From a virus, in IMG/VR virus record IMGVR_UViG_3300001533_003144, positions 32,001 to 96,000 of that record: a DNA stretch of 64,000 nucleotides; one strand, 5' to 3'. Numbering within the stretch: position 1 is the first letter of the stretch; each line of letters begins with the position of its first letter. The notes beneath the pieces are model-generated. The model did no database searches, was not told where the DNA came from, and saw only the letters and a program-made list of their open reading frames with translations. The translations under genes and the position numbers were made by a program. Below, in pieces: positions 45,314 to 55,380 of this stretch.

Positions 45314-47308
45314 ATGTCAAAAAAGAGAATAGAGTCTTTAGCAAAGAGAATTAGGGCTTCTAAGGGGGCTTTAGTTGACTTTAGTGAGTTTAAACGGTGG
45401 CTTAAAGAAGATGCTGTAAAAGAGGGTTCTATTTCTGAAAGAGCTACAGAAACCGAGGGCTTTGCTTTTGAAACCCTTGATCAAATGGCCTATAGAGAAG
45501 TTCTTGATCATGTACAGAATACCGGTATTTATGAAAACACGGGCGAACCTGACGACAATCCTGAGTGGGGTACTAAAGTTCCTATTTATGATTGGGACTA
45601 TAAGTGGCTTACTATGCCCTCTGAAGCAAAGAAAATTAGGTCCTCTGAAGATAAGTCTCTTGCAGAAGTTGAGAAAGATGCAGATAAATTAAAAGAGGAT
45701 ATCAAGAAAGCTAAAGAGGTTCTTAAAAAGGAAGATACCGAATCTAGCCGGGCTAAGGTTGCTGATCTTGAAGAAAGATTAAGACGGGCTGCTGATGTTA
45801 TTAGGAACAAAAGGGCTGATAAGGTTAAAGCTTCTGAAGGTAGGTATAAAAGTGATGAAGATATAGTGGCCGAGTTTGCGGGTGTTACTATAGGAGAGAT
45901 TGATTTAAATCCTGATAAAGGTTTTGGTGGTATTTCCGGGTATGTGGATCTCTCCTTTCCTGAAGCTGGGGGGCATGTTGCCGGGGGTACTGATTCTGTT
46001 TCCGAGCATTTTTATTTTTATAATTACCACGAATGGAAAGAGGATCCTTCTATTACCCCAAAGATAGCTTTTGAGAACTGGTATCCTGAAGATGTTTTTC
46101 TTCAAATTAAGGAGGCTATAATTAATCATTTGGGAAGTACAGAGGTTCAGGCTAAGAAAGTCAGGGCTGCTAAAACTTCTGAAACTGTTGTCTCTTTGGG
46201 TACTGTTGTTTCAGATCGAGGGGATATTGTTTCCGATAACTACGGGGTGGTTGGTGTTATTTACAGTAGAACAGACCATCCAAAGTCCTCATTATTACCT
46301 GTGGAGGCCGATGCTGTAGCTAAACAGGTGGCACAGGTTTTGAGTGGGCTTGAGGTGGACATGGGTAAATATATGTCTGCTTCTGGTAAGTCTAATTATG
46401 TTATAAGAGACCGTGAGGCTGGTAACTTTATTGCTGAATTTGGTACGGAAGAACTCGCTGAAGAGGAGCTTAAACGGTACGAATCCGAAGATAAGGCTAC
46501 GGGTACTTATACCCCTGATTTTTATGAAATTGTGCCGGTCTCAGGGAAAGTTAAACCCTTATTTGCTACAAAAACTAAAGCAGCTCGTAAAGTTAAAGCA
46601 GTTGAAGGTAAAACAATTCCGGAACTGGAAAAAGAAGGTTTTGAGGGTATAGATGCTTCCTTGGACATTTCTTTATATGAGTATGGGCTGATCTGGAAAG
46701 AAACCGAATCCGAGTATGAGTTTATTTATGGCGTGGGTAAGAGTGCTGTGGGTAATTACGATGCCTTTTTGACCGCTTCTTTTCCTAAAACAACGGATCC
46801 TCGTGAAGAGTTCAATTGGGTGTATTGGGATGAGGTGTTCTCTTTTGTTGGTGCTGATCCTGATACCTATTTTGAAGAATCGGATCTTCCGAGAATTATA
46901 TTTGATCTGAAAAGTTTTTATGGTTATCAAAATGTTTTTGGAGATTCCTATGTAGAGCCTTTTCCTATGGATGATGGACAGATGCCTGGAGATATAAAGC
47001 CTAAAGCTTTTGCGGATACCGATCTTCCTTTAAGCAAAGCCGGTGTTGAAAAGTTTCAGGAAGGGGATTTTTACGGTTTAAGGATAATTGATACTGAAGA
47101 AGTTCTTCTGGATCCTGTTTATAGTTGGATAGATGATGTTTACAACAGTGTCTCCGGGCTTGTGCAGGTTGAAGATTCCAATGGGAACCATAGGGCGGTT
47201 GAGTTTCTTCTTGAGGGTGAAGAAGAAGATGTGGGTGTTGAGTCTTATAAAGATACTGAGACACAAAAAGATGATGAAGCTATAGATACTTTCTTTAACG
47301 AGGGTTGA
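45314..47308 (+). CDS. Acidic multi-module polyprotein
   Basis: Modules separated by RIRAS, KIRSS, KVKAS, EVQAKKVRAA and KTKAARKVKAV; includes YVIRDREAGNFI...FYEIV and a WG-repeat-like C-terminal segment. Confidence 0.65.
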   Translation: MSKKRIESLAKRIRASKGALVDFSEFKRWLKEDAVKEGSISERATETEGFAFETLDQMAYREVLDHVQNTGIYENTGEPDDNPEWGTKVPIYDWDYKWLTMPSEAKKIRSSEDKSLAEVEKDADKLKEDIKKAKEVLKKEDTESSRAKVADLEERLRRAADVIRNKRADKVKASEGRYKSDEDIVAEFAGVTIGEIDLNPDKGFGGISGYVDLSFPEAGGHVAGGTDSVSEHFYFYNYHEWKEDPSITPKIAFENWYPEDVFLQIKEAIINHLGSTEVQAKKVRAAKTSETVVSLGTVVSDRGDIVSDNYGVVGVIYSRTDHPKSSLLPVEADAVAKQVAQVLSGLEVDMGKYMSASGKSNYVIRDREAGNFIAEFGTEELAEEELKRYESEDKATGTYTPDFYEIVPVSGKVKPLFATKTKAARKVKAVEGKTIPELEKEGFEGIDASLDISLYEYGLIWKETESEYEFIYGVGKSAVGNYDAFLTASFPKTTDPREEFNWVYWDEVFSFVGADPDTYFEESDLPRIIFDLKSFYGYQNVFGDSYVEPFPMDDGQMPGDIKPKAFADTDLPLSKAGVEKFQEGDFYGLRIIDTEEVLLDPVYSWIDDVYNSVSGLVQVEDSNGNHRAVEFLLEGEEEDVGVESYKDTETQKDDEAIDTFFNEG

Positions 47309-47319
47309 TTTATATAATA
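47309..47319 (+). promoter_or_regulatory. Putative late promoter TTTATATAATA
   Basis: Motif copy directly upstream of the tail tube gene. Confidence 0.72.
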
Positions 47320-47355
47320 AACCGTGCTTAGTTAATTTATTTTTTGGAGGATATT

Positions 47356-47850
47356 ATGCCAGTAGTAAGTGGTACCCCTAGAACAACCCCACCGGATAGC
47401 CAGAAAACGGTAATCTCTACCTCTATAGATATTGAGGTAGATGGTAAAAAGGTTGGTGCGGTTGACAGTTTTAATGTTAATATGTCTCGTGTGGTTCAGC
47501 GTATTCGTGAACTTAACAGTGAATACGCTGGTGAAACTATTGAGATAGTTCCGGGTCCTGGTGAGGCTAATATTAATGTAACCGGTTTTATGCTTTATAC
47601 TAAAGGAGAACACTCCCTTTTCCAAAGGATGCCTGGAGAAGATGGTAAGAAGTTTGTTAATCTGATTAGTCAGATTAAGCCTTTTACTATCGTAGAGAGG
47701 TACACGCATCAAGGTACGGGCGTTTCTTTTACGGTAAAGTATATTGGCTGTTGGTTGACTAATTACAGTAAAACCCAGAACATCAATACAGCTATGGTTG
47801 TTGAAAATGCTACTATAGAGGTTCAGGCCGTTAGATCAGAGGCAGACTAA
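47356..47850 (+). CDS. Tail tube protein
   Basis: IEVDGKKVGAVDSFN...RIRELN...IEIVPG...YIGCWLTNYS...VVENATI; myovirus tube pattern. Confidence 0.85.
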   Translation: MPVVSGTPRTTPPDSQKTVISTSIDIEVDGKKVGAVDSFNVNMSRVVQRIRELNSEYAGETIEIVPGPGEANINVTGFMLYTKGEHSLFQRMPGEDGKKFVNLISQIKPFTIVERYTHQGTGVSFTVKYIGCWLTNYSKTQNINTAMVVENATIEVQAVRSEAD

Positions 47851-47886
47851 TATTTAGCTTATTGTTATATTTTATTGGAGTGTTAA

Positions 47887-48303
47887 ATGGAAGATTTAAA
47901 AAGGTTGCTTGATCCTCTTCTTTCTATGGGAAAATATGAATATCCTTTCCGTCTCGGTGATTATAAGGTATTTTTTAATTTAGCCGATGTCGGTTCTACT
48001 TCGGCAGCTTTGGTTTCTTTGCCTGTTAAAGTTGAAGCAGATGTTAAGGCGGCGAAAATGGCAGTTGCTTTGATGTCCGTAAATAACTACACCTTCCAAG
48101 GTCTTGAGGGAGAGCCTTTGTTGGAAAAGTATAGATTTCTTTGTTCTCTTAAAGAGCCTGTATTTGATCACTTTTGGGACCAATTCGTAGCTGCTCGTAA
48201 CCTTCAGTATAAACTGTTTGAAGAGGTACATTTTAAAGGAAAAAAATCTTTGCCGATCCAGGATTCCGAGCAATCTGGAGACTCTTCAAGTTCTCCGGAG
48301 TGA
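47887..48303 (+). CDS. Tail assembly chaperone (G-like)
   Basis: Lies between tube and tape measure; slippery site near its 3' end. Confidence 0.75.
   Translation: MEDLKRLLDPLLSMGKYEYPFRLGDYKVFFNLADVGSTSAALVSLPVKVEADVKAAKMAVALMSVNNYTFQGLEGEPLLEKYRFLCSLKEPVFDHFWDQFVAARNLQYKLFEEVHFKGKKSLPIQDSEQSGDSSSSPE
48240..48246 (+). other. Programmed -1 ribosomal frameshift site (A AAA AAA)
   Basis: The -1 frame opens right after TAA at 48234-48236 and reads KKIFADPGFRAIWRLFKFSG into the 48300-48593 ORF. Confidence 0.75.
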
Positions 48304-48593
48304 TTGACCCCTCTTGGATCGGTTATGAAAATGGTGGGTTGAAGCTCGACTTCCTTTATACTATCCGGAGATATTTTGTATTTTACAGTCTTTCTTTAGA
48401 TAATTCGGATGATGTTGAGTATCATAAAGGGTTATCCGAGCTTCTGGGTTTTTATTGTAACCCTGAATTTTATCAGCAAAGGAAAAAGGCTGAGGACTCC
48501 GAAAAGCATGTTAATTTGGGGTATCAGGCTTTACTTGAACGGGTTAAAGAGGGGTTTGACCCTTTTGAAGATGAAGATGAGCCTGTTTTATAG
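48240..48593 (+). CDS. Tail assembly chaperone GT-like extension (-1 frame)
   Basis: Open -1 frame from the slippery site to TAG 48593; no good RBS before GTG 48300. Confidence 0.7.
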   Translation, partial: KKIFADPGFRAIWRLFKFSGVIDPSWIGYENGGLKLDFLYTIRRYFVFYSLSLDNSDDVEYHKGLSELLGFYCNPEFYQQRKKAEDSEKHVNLGYQALLERVKEGFDPFEDEDEPVL

Positions 48594-48597
48594 AATA
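48587..48597 (+). promoter_or_regulatory. Putative late promoter TTTATAGAATA
   Basis: Motif copy upstream of the tape measure gene. Confidence 0.65.
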
Positions 48598-48624
48598 TAT
48601 TAGGACTATTTTGAGGTTGTTGTA

Positions 48625-51114
48625 GTGGCACAGATTATACTGGATTTCAGTTCAATTACTCCTGAACAGATTAAAGAAGCTACGGCCGTCTTACAAAAAG
48701 AAATTACGACACAGGTTAATGATGCTATGTCTAAAGGGCTTACCGGTAGTTTGGATCGGTATTCAAGGGACATTGCTAAGTCTGTTTCTGGTGCTTTAAG
48801 GGATAGTCTTTTAAAGGTTGTTGAAGTGGATATTGCTAAAGGTTTTGAAAAGGCTTTTAATTCAGTTTCCTTAGCTTCCGGGTTATCAGACAGTCTTAAA
48901 AAATCCATAGAAGAAGCTTTTAAATCTTTACCTGCTTTCACGGTTGATATTAAACCGGTTATAAAACCTGAAAACAAACTGATGATGAGGGATGTTTTTG
49001 ATGAAGATCCCCAATCGGTTTTACAGCAGGTTAAGGGAACTGATCGAGTGGTTAAGGAAGAACCTAAATCTGATATAATTATAACAGATCGTGATGTTCG
49101 TGAAGAAGAAGTTGCTTCTTCTAAAAAAGGTTTGGGTGGTATAATGCCTTTACCTCTGTATGAAGTAGGCCGTGATACTGAACCCTCTAAAGCGAGTATA
49201 GAAAAATTGTTTCAGTCCTTCATTAAACAAGATGTTCCTAAACCTGAAGCAAGAGAAATGGCTGAACGCTTTGCTGAATCCCCTATGGTACAGGATACTG
49301 ATTTTGAAGATTCTAAACAGGTAGCCCTTCTGAGGGAGTTTAATAAAGCTATAAATACTCAATCTTTTGAAATGAAAGGGCTCTCTGAACAGTTAGAGGG
49401 TTTAACCGAGGTTACAGAAGATCTGGAAGATGCTACTCGGAAGAGTGCAGAGATTGCTGAGAAAGACTCACGGCTTTCTAAAATAGAAAAACCTCCGGGA
49501 CCCGATCCCACAAAAAAACTGGTTGACTGGACAGACAGTTTCCGGTTGACTGTGGGAATGTGGCTTACTTCTATTCCTCGTGTGCTTCTAGGGGTGTTAA
49601 AAGAGACTGTGCTTTCTTTTAAACCTCGTCAAAGGGAAGCAACGACCGCTGTGGCTAGTGTGGTAGGTTCTGATGAGATGTTACGGTTTTTTGATGTTTA
49701 TCAAAAACATATGAGTGAAATAGATACCGCTTTAAAGCACGATCCTCTTTTACAGGCTTATGGAGGTGAGAATGCAAAAGAGTCTTATTTGGGGTTAAAA
49801 GGGGTTACTGGTGGCGTAGGTATTGGGGAGGTTGTTGAGGGGGTAGATGTTGTTGCTGTCGAGATGAAGGGTTTGGCGGCTAAAGCTCTTCTTGCTGGAA
49901 TGAACCTTGATGATTTTGCTACTAAGGTTAAGGAAGGCATTACAGCTTTAGGTTTAAGTCAGGATATCTCAGAGAAGTTTATTATATCGGTTGCGGATCG
50001 TGCTAAAGAGCTTAATATAAGTTTTGACAGTCTATACTCTAATGTGAATTCTGCAAATGGGTCAATAAGGCAGTGGGGGCATTCTTTGTATGAAGCTTAT
50101 GGTATCTCTTCAAGATTTGCCAGAAGTCTTGAACAAGGTAGAATGGCAATGGGGGATATAGTTGAGTTTGCAGCTGCTTTACACGGTACGGAGGAAGGTA
50201 CTTCCGTTTTTCTTATGGATCAGTTATCCCGTGTTGAGGGTATGGGAGGGGACATCGCTAGAGCCGTCAGGGAAGCTTCTGGCGGGGACCCTATGATAGA
50301 AAGGAATTTGTGGCGCAGGGTTTCTGAAGGGCATCCGGGGATGGCTAAGGAGCTTGGTTTAGGTATTAGTGATGCTCAAATGCAGAAGGATTTCAGGACA
50401 TCTATATTTAAGATGATAGATCAAATGGTTGAGGGTATTGCCGGTGAAAATGTTTATGCTCAAGCCGAGGTGCGGAGAAAATTGCTTCAGCAGTTTTTAG
50501 GTATTGCCGGAAATTTAAGTGAAGTTGCTTTTGAGGATATTCATAAGGTTTTTGGTGAGGGTGGTACTGCTCGTGGTTTTGTTCCAAGAGGCACTAGAGA
50601 AGTTGAGGATAAGGCTGAAGAGGCTAAGGAACGGATGGATAGGGATTTGGGTACTTTTGAGTCGGTTACTTTAACGGGTAAGAATGTGATTGTTAATGTG
50701 GTTGATGCTATTAGGGGTATAGATAGGGGTACTGATGCTAAACTTAGTATGCTTGATAGTGCTTTAACGGGTCTCCGAGAAAAAGATGATGAATCCTATG
50801 CTTTAGGTAGGAAGTATCTTGAAGAGCGGGGAGGTTTAACCCATCCTCCTTCTGAGACCTTGTTAGGGGTTTTAGATAGAATGGCGACAAAGTTTGAGGG
50901 TTTGGCAAAATCAGGGGATATAGGCAGGGCAGATAAGTTAATTGAATTACTTCCTTTAGTAATCCCTCCCGAATACCAAGATGAAATAATGAGACATTAT
51001 CAGAATTTTATTAAGGGGCAGATCACTAATGAGGATATTAGGAGATTTAATACCATAGTAGAGAAGGTTAAAGAGCAAGTGCAGTATAAAAAAATGACGG
51101 GTTATTCTGGTTAG
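48625..51114 (+). CDS. Tape measure protein
   Basis: 829-aa helical protein directly after the chaperones and before the baseplate genes. Confidence 0.7.
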   Translation: MAQIILDFSSITPEQIKEATAVLQKEITTQVNDAMSKGLTGSLDRYSRDIAKSVSGALRDSLLKVVEVDIAKGFEKAFNSVSLASGLSDSLKKSIEEAFKSLPAFTVDIKPVIKPENKLMMRDVFDEDPQSVLQQVKGTDRVVKEEPKSDIIITDRDVREEEVASSKKGLGGIMPLPLYEVGRDTEPSKASIEKLFQSFIKQDVPKPEAREMAERFAESPMVQDTDFEDSKQVALLREFNKAINTQSFEMKGLSEQLEGLTEVTEDLEDATRKSAEIAEKDSRLSKIEKPPGPDPTKKLVDWTDSFRLTVGMWLTSIPRVLLGVLKETVLSFKPRQREATTAVASVVGSDEMLRFFDVYQKHMSEIDTALKHDPLLQAYGGENAKESYLGLKGVTGGVGIGEVVEGVDVVAVEMKGLAAKALLAGMNLDDFATKVKEGITALGLSQDISEKFIISVADRAKELNISFDSLYSNVNSANGSIRQWGHSLYEAYGISSRFARSLEQGRMAMGDIVEFAAALHGTEEGTSVFLMDQLSRVEGMGGDIARAVREASGGDPMIERNLWRRVSEGHPGMAKELGLGISDAQMQKDFRTSIFKMIDQMVEGIAGENVYAQAEVRRKLLQQFLGIAGNLSEVAFEDIHKVFGEGGTARGFVPRGTREVEDKAEEAKERMDRDLGTFESVTLTGKNVIVNVVDAIRGIDRGTDAKLSMLDSALTGLREKDDESYALGRKYLEERGGLTHPPSETLLGVLDRMATKFEGLAKSGDIGRADKLIELLPLVIPPEYQDEIMRHYQNFIKGQITNEDIRRFNTIVEKVKEQVQYKKMTGYSG

Positions 51115-51123
51115 GGGGTTTTA

Positions 51124-51726
51124 ATGGTTGATCGTGTAATTATTCGTACAAGAAACCCTGAAGCCACTTCTATGGATTCTCCTACTTCAGGTATAAGTGA
51201 GGTAAAGTTTCGGGTTAATCCTGCCTCAGTATCTATAGATCAGGGATCTTTAAGTACCCTTAAAAAGGCTCGTTACGGTTTTGTCCGGACCTACTTTGGT
51301 GAAGGACTTTTTAATTTAGGTTTTTCCGGGGTAGTAAACATACATCCTTCTTCCTCGGATTTAGTTCTTCAAGACCCTACGGCTTCTTTAAAAAGAGACC
51401 TTAATAAAGCAATAGAGGAAGGTAGGGGTATGACTATAGATCAAGTAAAGAATAGTTCGGGTTGGAGATGGTTTCAGAAGTTTGCTAAATTTGTCCGGGC
51501 TTATCAGCCGAGTTTATTCGAGTTACATTACTTAGGGACACCTTTATTACTTTCGCAAGAGAATCCTGTTTTTGTTGGGGAATGTTCACCGGTAAAATAT
51601 ACCCAAAACTCGGACAGTCCTTTTACTTTATCTTACAGTTTTACTTTTATAGGGATCTTACAGACAGACGAGTCTGCCTATGCCTATGCAAGGGAGACTG
51701 TTGAGACACTGAAGGTAAAGTTATGA
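51124..51726 (+). CDS. Tail tube initiator/baseplate protein
   Basis: FRVNPASVSI...YFGEGL...FSG...FVG...PFTLSYSFTF pattern. Confidence 0.65.
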   Translation: MVDRVIIRTRNPEATSMDSPTSGISEVKFRVNPASVSIDQGSLSTLKKARYGFVRTYFGEGLFNLGFSGVVNIHPSSSDLVLQDPTASLKRDLNKAIEEGRGMTIDQVKNSSGWRWFQKFAKFVRAYQPSLFELHYLGTPLLLSQENPVFVGECSPVKYTQNSDSPFTLSYSFTFIGILQTDESAYAYARETVETLKVKL

Positions 51727-53579
51727 ATAAGGTACTGGATGAAAAAATTTCTGTAAGGTTATTTATTGAGGAAATAAATTTTGTCGGGGACAGTCTTTTC
51801 TCGACAAAAAAGGTAATAGAGTTTCCTTTTTTTGATTCGTTATTATGGAAAACTTCGCTTGATTTTCAGAAATCGGCTACAATAACCTTTGATAATCCTC
51901 TTGAAAAGCTGAGTACATCAGTACGACATCCTGATTCTATGCCTATATCTCCTTTTCCTAAAGGTATGGATGAAAATACGGAAAAGTATTGTTCTGATAT
52001 TTATGATCATTATAGTGATCAGTTGAATGTTCTGAACGATAAACAAGAACTAAGTCCGGAAACCTATTTAAGGGGAGACGACTTTTTACTTGGTTTAGAG
52101 AATCTTGAAAGTTATGTCCATATAGGCGAATTGGGTCCTGTGTGTTTTACGGTGTATCAGCGTGTCTGGATTGTGTCCGAGTCTTATATAGGGGAAGATA
52201 GGGATAAAAAATATAATATATGGTCAGGTATTATTTCAGGGTTTAACGAAACCTCTTCTGAAACAGGTATTACTTTTACTGTTCTGGTTTCGGGTTTAAG
52301 TAGGTTTCTTGACCTAACTAATATCTATGAAAATTATCGTATAACAGCTTTTACAGGGGATCTTATTGAAAAGTATATCCAAGAACTCAACGATAGCCTT
52401 TATAGTAAATTTATTGGGACACAGTTACTTACAAAACTTCCTGTAGTTTCTTATGCTTTATTGCCGGTGTTTCTCGCAAACTTTTATTATACTGCAAAAG
52501 GTAATAAAAAAGACTATGGTATTGGTTCAAGGGATCCTTTTTTATCTGATGCTGTTCCTGACAAGGACTTCTTTTTACAGGATGCTTTATGGTTGTTAAA
52601 TGTAGATGAGTCTAATTGTTGGGATGCCATTATTGATGGTCACGAGGGGGCTTTATTTGGTAAACGGGGGGGTCAGGCTTATTTATCTGAAATAGTTCCT
52701 CGGCTCTTTAACGGTGAGCAGGTTTATGTATATGAATTAACGCCCTCAGTATATGTGGATCCTCTTATAATAGAGGTATTTAATAACCCTGAAATTAATG
52801 TTATGAATGTCCTTTTACAACAGGCATTTAATCTTATAGACGAAACTGCTATGACTGGTAAAGACTTGCTAACTAAGGTAGCTCAGAATATTATGGGCGT
52901 TTCTTATGAAGATGATTTCGGTAATATTATTCTTGAAATTAGTAAAGTCTGGTCTGCTCCTGAAAATCCTGACGGTTTTGTTGTTACTCCGGAGTACCGG
53001 AATGATAGTATTTTAAAAGATGTTGGTCATAATCGGGATTATGTTATTCCTGATTCTTGGTGGTTTAGTCATACTAAAGGGTTTAATGAGAGTAATTTGG
53101 TAACTCATGTGGAAGTTCCTTCCGGTTTTGATTATGGTATTCTTCCTGATGAGTATGTTTTAAGAACTCGTCTTACGGGGAGAACTTCTTCTACCGAGCA
53201 GGAGATATTAAGGTTACAAAGAAGGTATGGTGTTCGGTCGCTTGTCACTTCTAATATAGCGTTAGCTGGGATGTCTTTAGGTAAAGATCACGATGATTAT
53301 ATTGAGTCTTTAAATACTTTCGCTAAAGCGGTTCTATCTTTAAGGAACTTTTCTTCGGTTGCCGTAACATTAAACACAAGGTTTTTAGATCATTTAAGTG
53401 TGGGTAAAAATATACTTTTTTTAAAGGATGAGTCTTTATGCCTGTTAAATGAAAAGACGGTGAGTTATGCGGTTGAGGAGGCGAGTGCTTCTTACAGTTG
53501 TGATTTTGTTGTGTCATACCGGCATAGGTTGACTGAAAAGATTACTTATCCTTTCTACGATTTGATCTTAGGGGGTTAA
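51723..53579 (+). CDS. Baseplate hub protein (gp27/gpD-like)
   Basis: ATITFDNP, WSGIISG, EDDFGNIILE, RRYGVRS; synteny. Confidence 0.65.
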   Translation: MNKVLDEKISVRLFIEEINFVGDSLFSTKKVIEFPFFDSLLWKTSLDFQKSATITFDNPLEKLSTSVRHPDSMPISPFPKGMDENTEKYCSDIYDHYSDQLNVLNDKQELSPETYLRGDDFLLGLENLESYVHIGELGPVCFTVYQRVWIVSESYIGEDRDKKYNIWSGIISGFNETSSETGITFTVLVSGLSRFLDLTNIYENYRITAFTGDLIEKYIQELNDSLYSKFIGTQLLTKLPVVSYALLPVFLANFYYTAKGNKKDYGIGSRDPFLSDAVPDKDFFLQDALWLLNVDESNCWDAIIDGHEGALFGKRGGQAYLSEIVPRLFNGEQVYVYELTPSVYVDPLIIEVFNNPEINVMNVLLQQAFNLIDETAMTGKDLLTKVAQNIMGVSYEDDFGNIILEISKVWSAPENPDGFVVTPEYRNDSILKDVGHNRDYVIPDSWWFSHTKGFNESNLVTHVEVPSGFDYGILPDEYVLRTRLTGRTSSTEQEILRLQRRYGVRSLVTSNIALAGMSLGKDHDDYIESLNTFAKAVLSLRNFSSVAVTLNTRFLDHLSVGKNILFLKDESLCLLNEKTVSYAVEEASASYSCDFVVSYRHRLTEKITYPFYDLILGG

Positions 53580-53580
53580 G

Positions 53581-54885
53581 ATGTTAAATGCAATACTTAA
53601 AACACTGCCTTATACCTCTTCTGAAGGGTTTGAGTTTGGGCTTGTTGAAGGTCTTGAGTACATAAATCCTGATAGTGAAAAAGATAAAAGTGCTAAAAAG
53701 GTTGCCGAAGGTGAAGATCTTGATCCGTCAAAACATTTTACAGGGTATGTCTGGGTAAAAAAATTTACAGATAATGTTACGGTAAAAGCTCTGTTCATAG
53801 TCCCCTTAGCTGGTAGAAGTATGTTTATGGGTGGTATGCCTGAACGAGGTTCTATTTGTTTTATGTGTAAAGTAGCTAACCCTACTGGAGACGCTTCAAG
53901 GGTTATTATAGGGTTTGTTCCTGTACCCGTTAATATGATGATAGCTGCCCGAAAGGAGATGGAAAGTCTTAATGAAGGTGAAATGCTTTTCCAAGGATCT
54001 ACTTATGATGAGACTATGGGCGATTTTTATAGTTCGGCATCAATGAAATATGATTGCTATGGTAGGTTATTGATTGAAAATGGTCAGGACGATTTCAGGA
54101 TAGTTATCGGAGATCTTCTCAGTAATGAATATACAAAAGATGTTGATTACCTCAAAGATTCTATTACGGGGGAGGTTGTTTGTTTTCAGGAAAAATATAA
54201 AGATAAATACAGCCGGTCAATTGATCGTAGTGGTAACACTATTTTCCGGGCGTTGTCTGTTCTATGGGATGTTATGGGAGATGAGATCCATCGTATTGCT
54301 GGTAGATATATTATTTCTTCTTCTGAACAGATAAGACTTGAGCAGAGAGGAAACTATATTGATATGTCCAAAGATGGTTTTAAGGTTATGGCTGCGAAAG
54401 ACTTCATTGTTAATGTAGTGGGTGGGGCTGAGATCAGTTCTGGTTCTTATCTGGCTTTCTCTTCTTTTCTTGACCTCAGTCTATCTACAAGTGCTTCTAT
54501 AGTGATGAAAGCTTTAAAAGAGTTTTTAATGGTAGCTTCCGGGAAAGTTACTTTATCTTCTTCTGAAAAAGAGGTTATAGTGGAAGCCTTTGAAGATATT
54601 ATATTAAAGTCTCTTACAGGGAAAGGTGAGTTGTCTGCTTTACAGGATGTTGCTGTTACCTCCAAGGTGGGTAAGGTTGATATTAAGGCGGAGTTGGTTG
54701 CTACCTTGGACGGTTCTTTGGTTAAATTAGGTGCAGGTAGTCAGCCGGTACTTAAAGGGACTTCTACACAACTGGATCTGTCTTTACATCAGCATACAGG
54801 AAACTTCGGGTACCCCACTAGCCCTCCTTTACCTGCTTTTTTCCTACCGTTAAACATACTATCTACAAAAGTTTTTACGGAGTAG
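53581..54885 (+). CDS. Baseplate central spike (gp5/gpV-like)
   Basis: OB-fold-like GGMPERGS, beta-helix repeats, C-terminal HQH metal-binding tip. Confidence 0.75.
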   Translation: MLNAILKTLPYTSSEGFEFGLVEGLEYINPDSEKDKSAKKVAEGEDLDPSKHFTGYVWVKKFTDNVTVKALFIVPLAGRSMFMGGMPERGSICFMCKVANPTGDASRVIIGFVPVPVNMMIAARKEMESLNEGEMLFQGSTYDETMGDFYSSASMKYDCYGRLLIENGQDDFRIVIGDLLSNEYTKDVDYLKDSITGEVVCFQEKYKDKYSRSIDRSGNTIFRALSVLWDVMGDEIHRIAGRYIISSSEQIRLEQRGNYIDMSKDGFKVMAAKDFIVNVVGGAEISSGSYLAFSSFLDLSLSTSASIVMKALKEFLMVASGKVTLSSSEKEVIVEAFEDIILKSLTGKGELSALQDVAVTSKVGKVDIKAELVATLDGSLVKLGAGSQPVLKGTSTQLDLSLHQHTGNFGYPTSPPLPAFFLPLNILSTKVFTE

Positions 54886-54888
54886 TTT

Positions 54889-55368
54889 ATGGCTTTTTCT
54901 AATTATCTTAAAGAAATAGGGTTGCCTGATGGTCCTGCTGAAGATTATGATAAAGCTGGGGATGTTTTGTATTCTGAATACCAAAGGTGTATAGATGAGG
55001 GTGGTGTGGGTTTTGAAGAGCCGGATTATACTGTAACCCCTTTAGTAATCCCTGAAATAGATATGATTCCTTTAGGGGACATAAACTATTATTCGTATGA
55101 TACTATTATTGCTGTATGTTTGGCTTTTAATAGGTATATTGATGCAGTTGCCAAAGGGTTACAAGAGCTTCCTTGGCCGATATTACCTCCGGCAAGTTTG
55201 AGTGGGTTAAGTTCAGCTTTTTTTACTCAGTACACAAAAGAAAAAACTCAGCAAAGTGTTAAGATAACTAAACCTTCTGCTCCCGATCAGGACGAATCTT
55301 TACCTTTTGTAGATCTTTTTTATGGTGCTTGTGGAAAATTTCTTTATAATATTTATGCGGATGCTTAG
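54889..55368 (+). CDS. Hypothetical baseplate-region protein
   Basis: GGAG RBS; synteny. Confidence 0.5.
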   Translation: MAFSNYLKEIGLPDGPAEDYDKAGDVLYSEYQRCIDEGGVGFEEPDYTVTPLVIPEIDMIPLGDINYYSYDTIIAVCLAFNRYIDAVAKGLQELPWPILPPASLSGLSSAFFTQYTKEKTQQSVKITKPSAPDQDESLPFVDLFYGACGKFLYNIYADA

Positions 55369-55380
55369 GAGGATTGTTAA

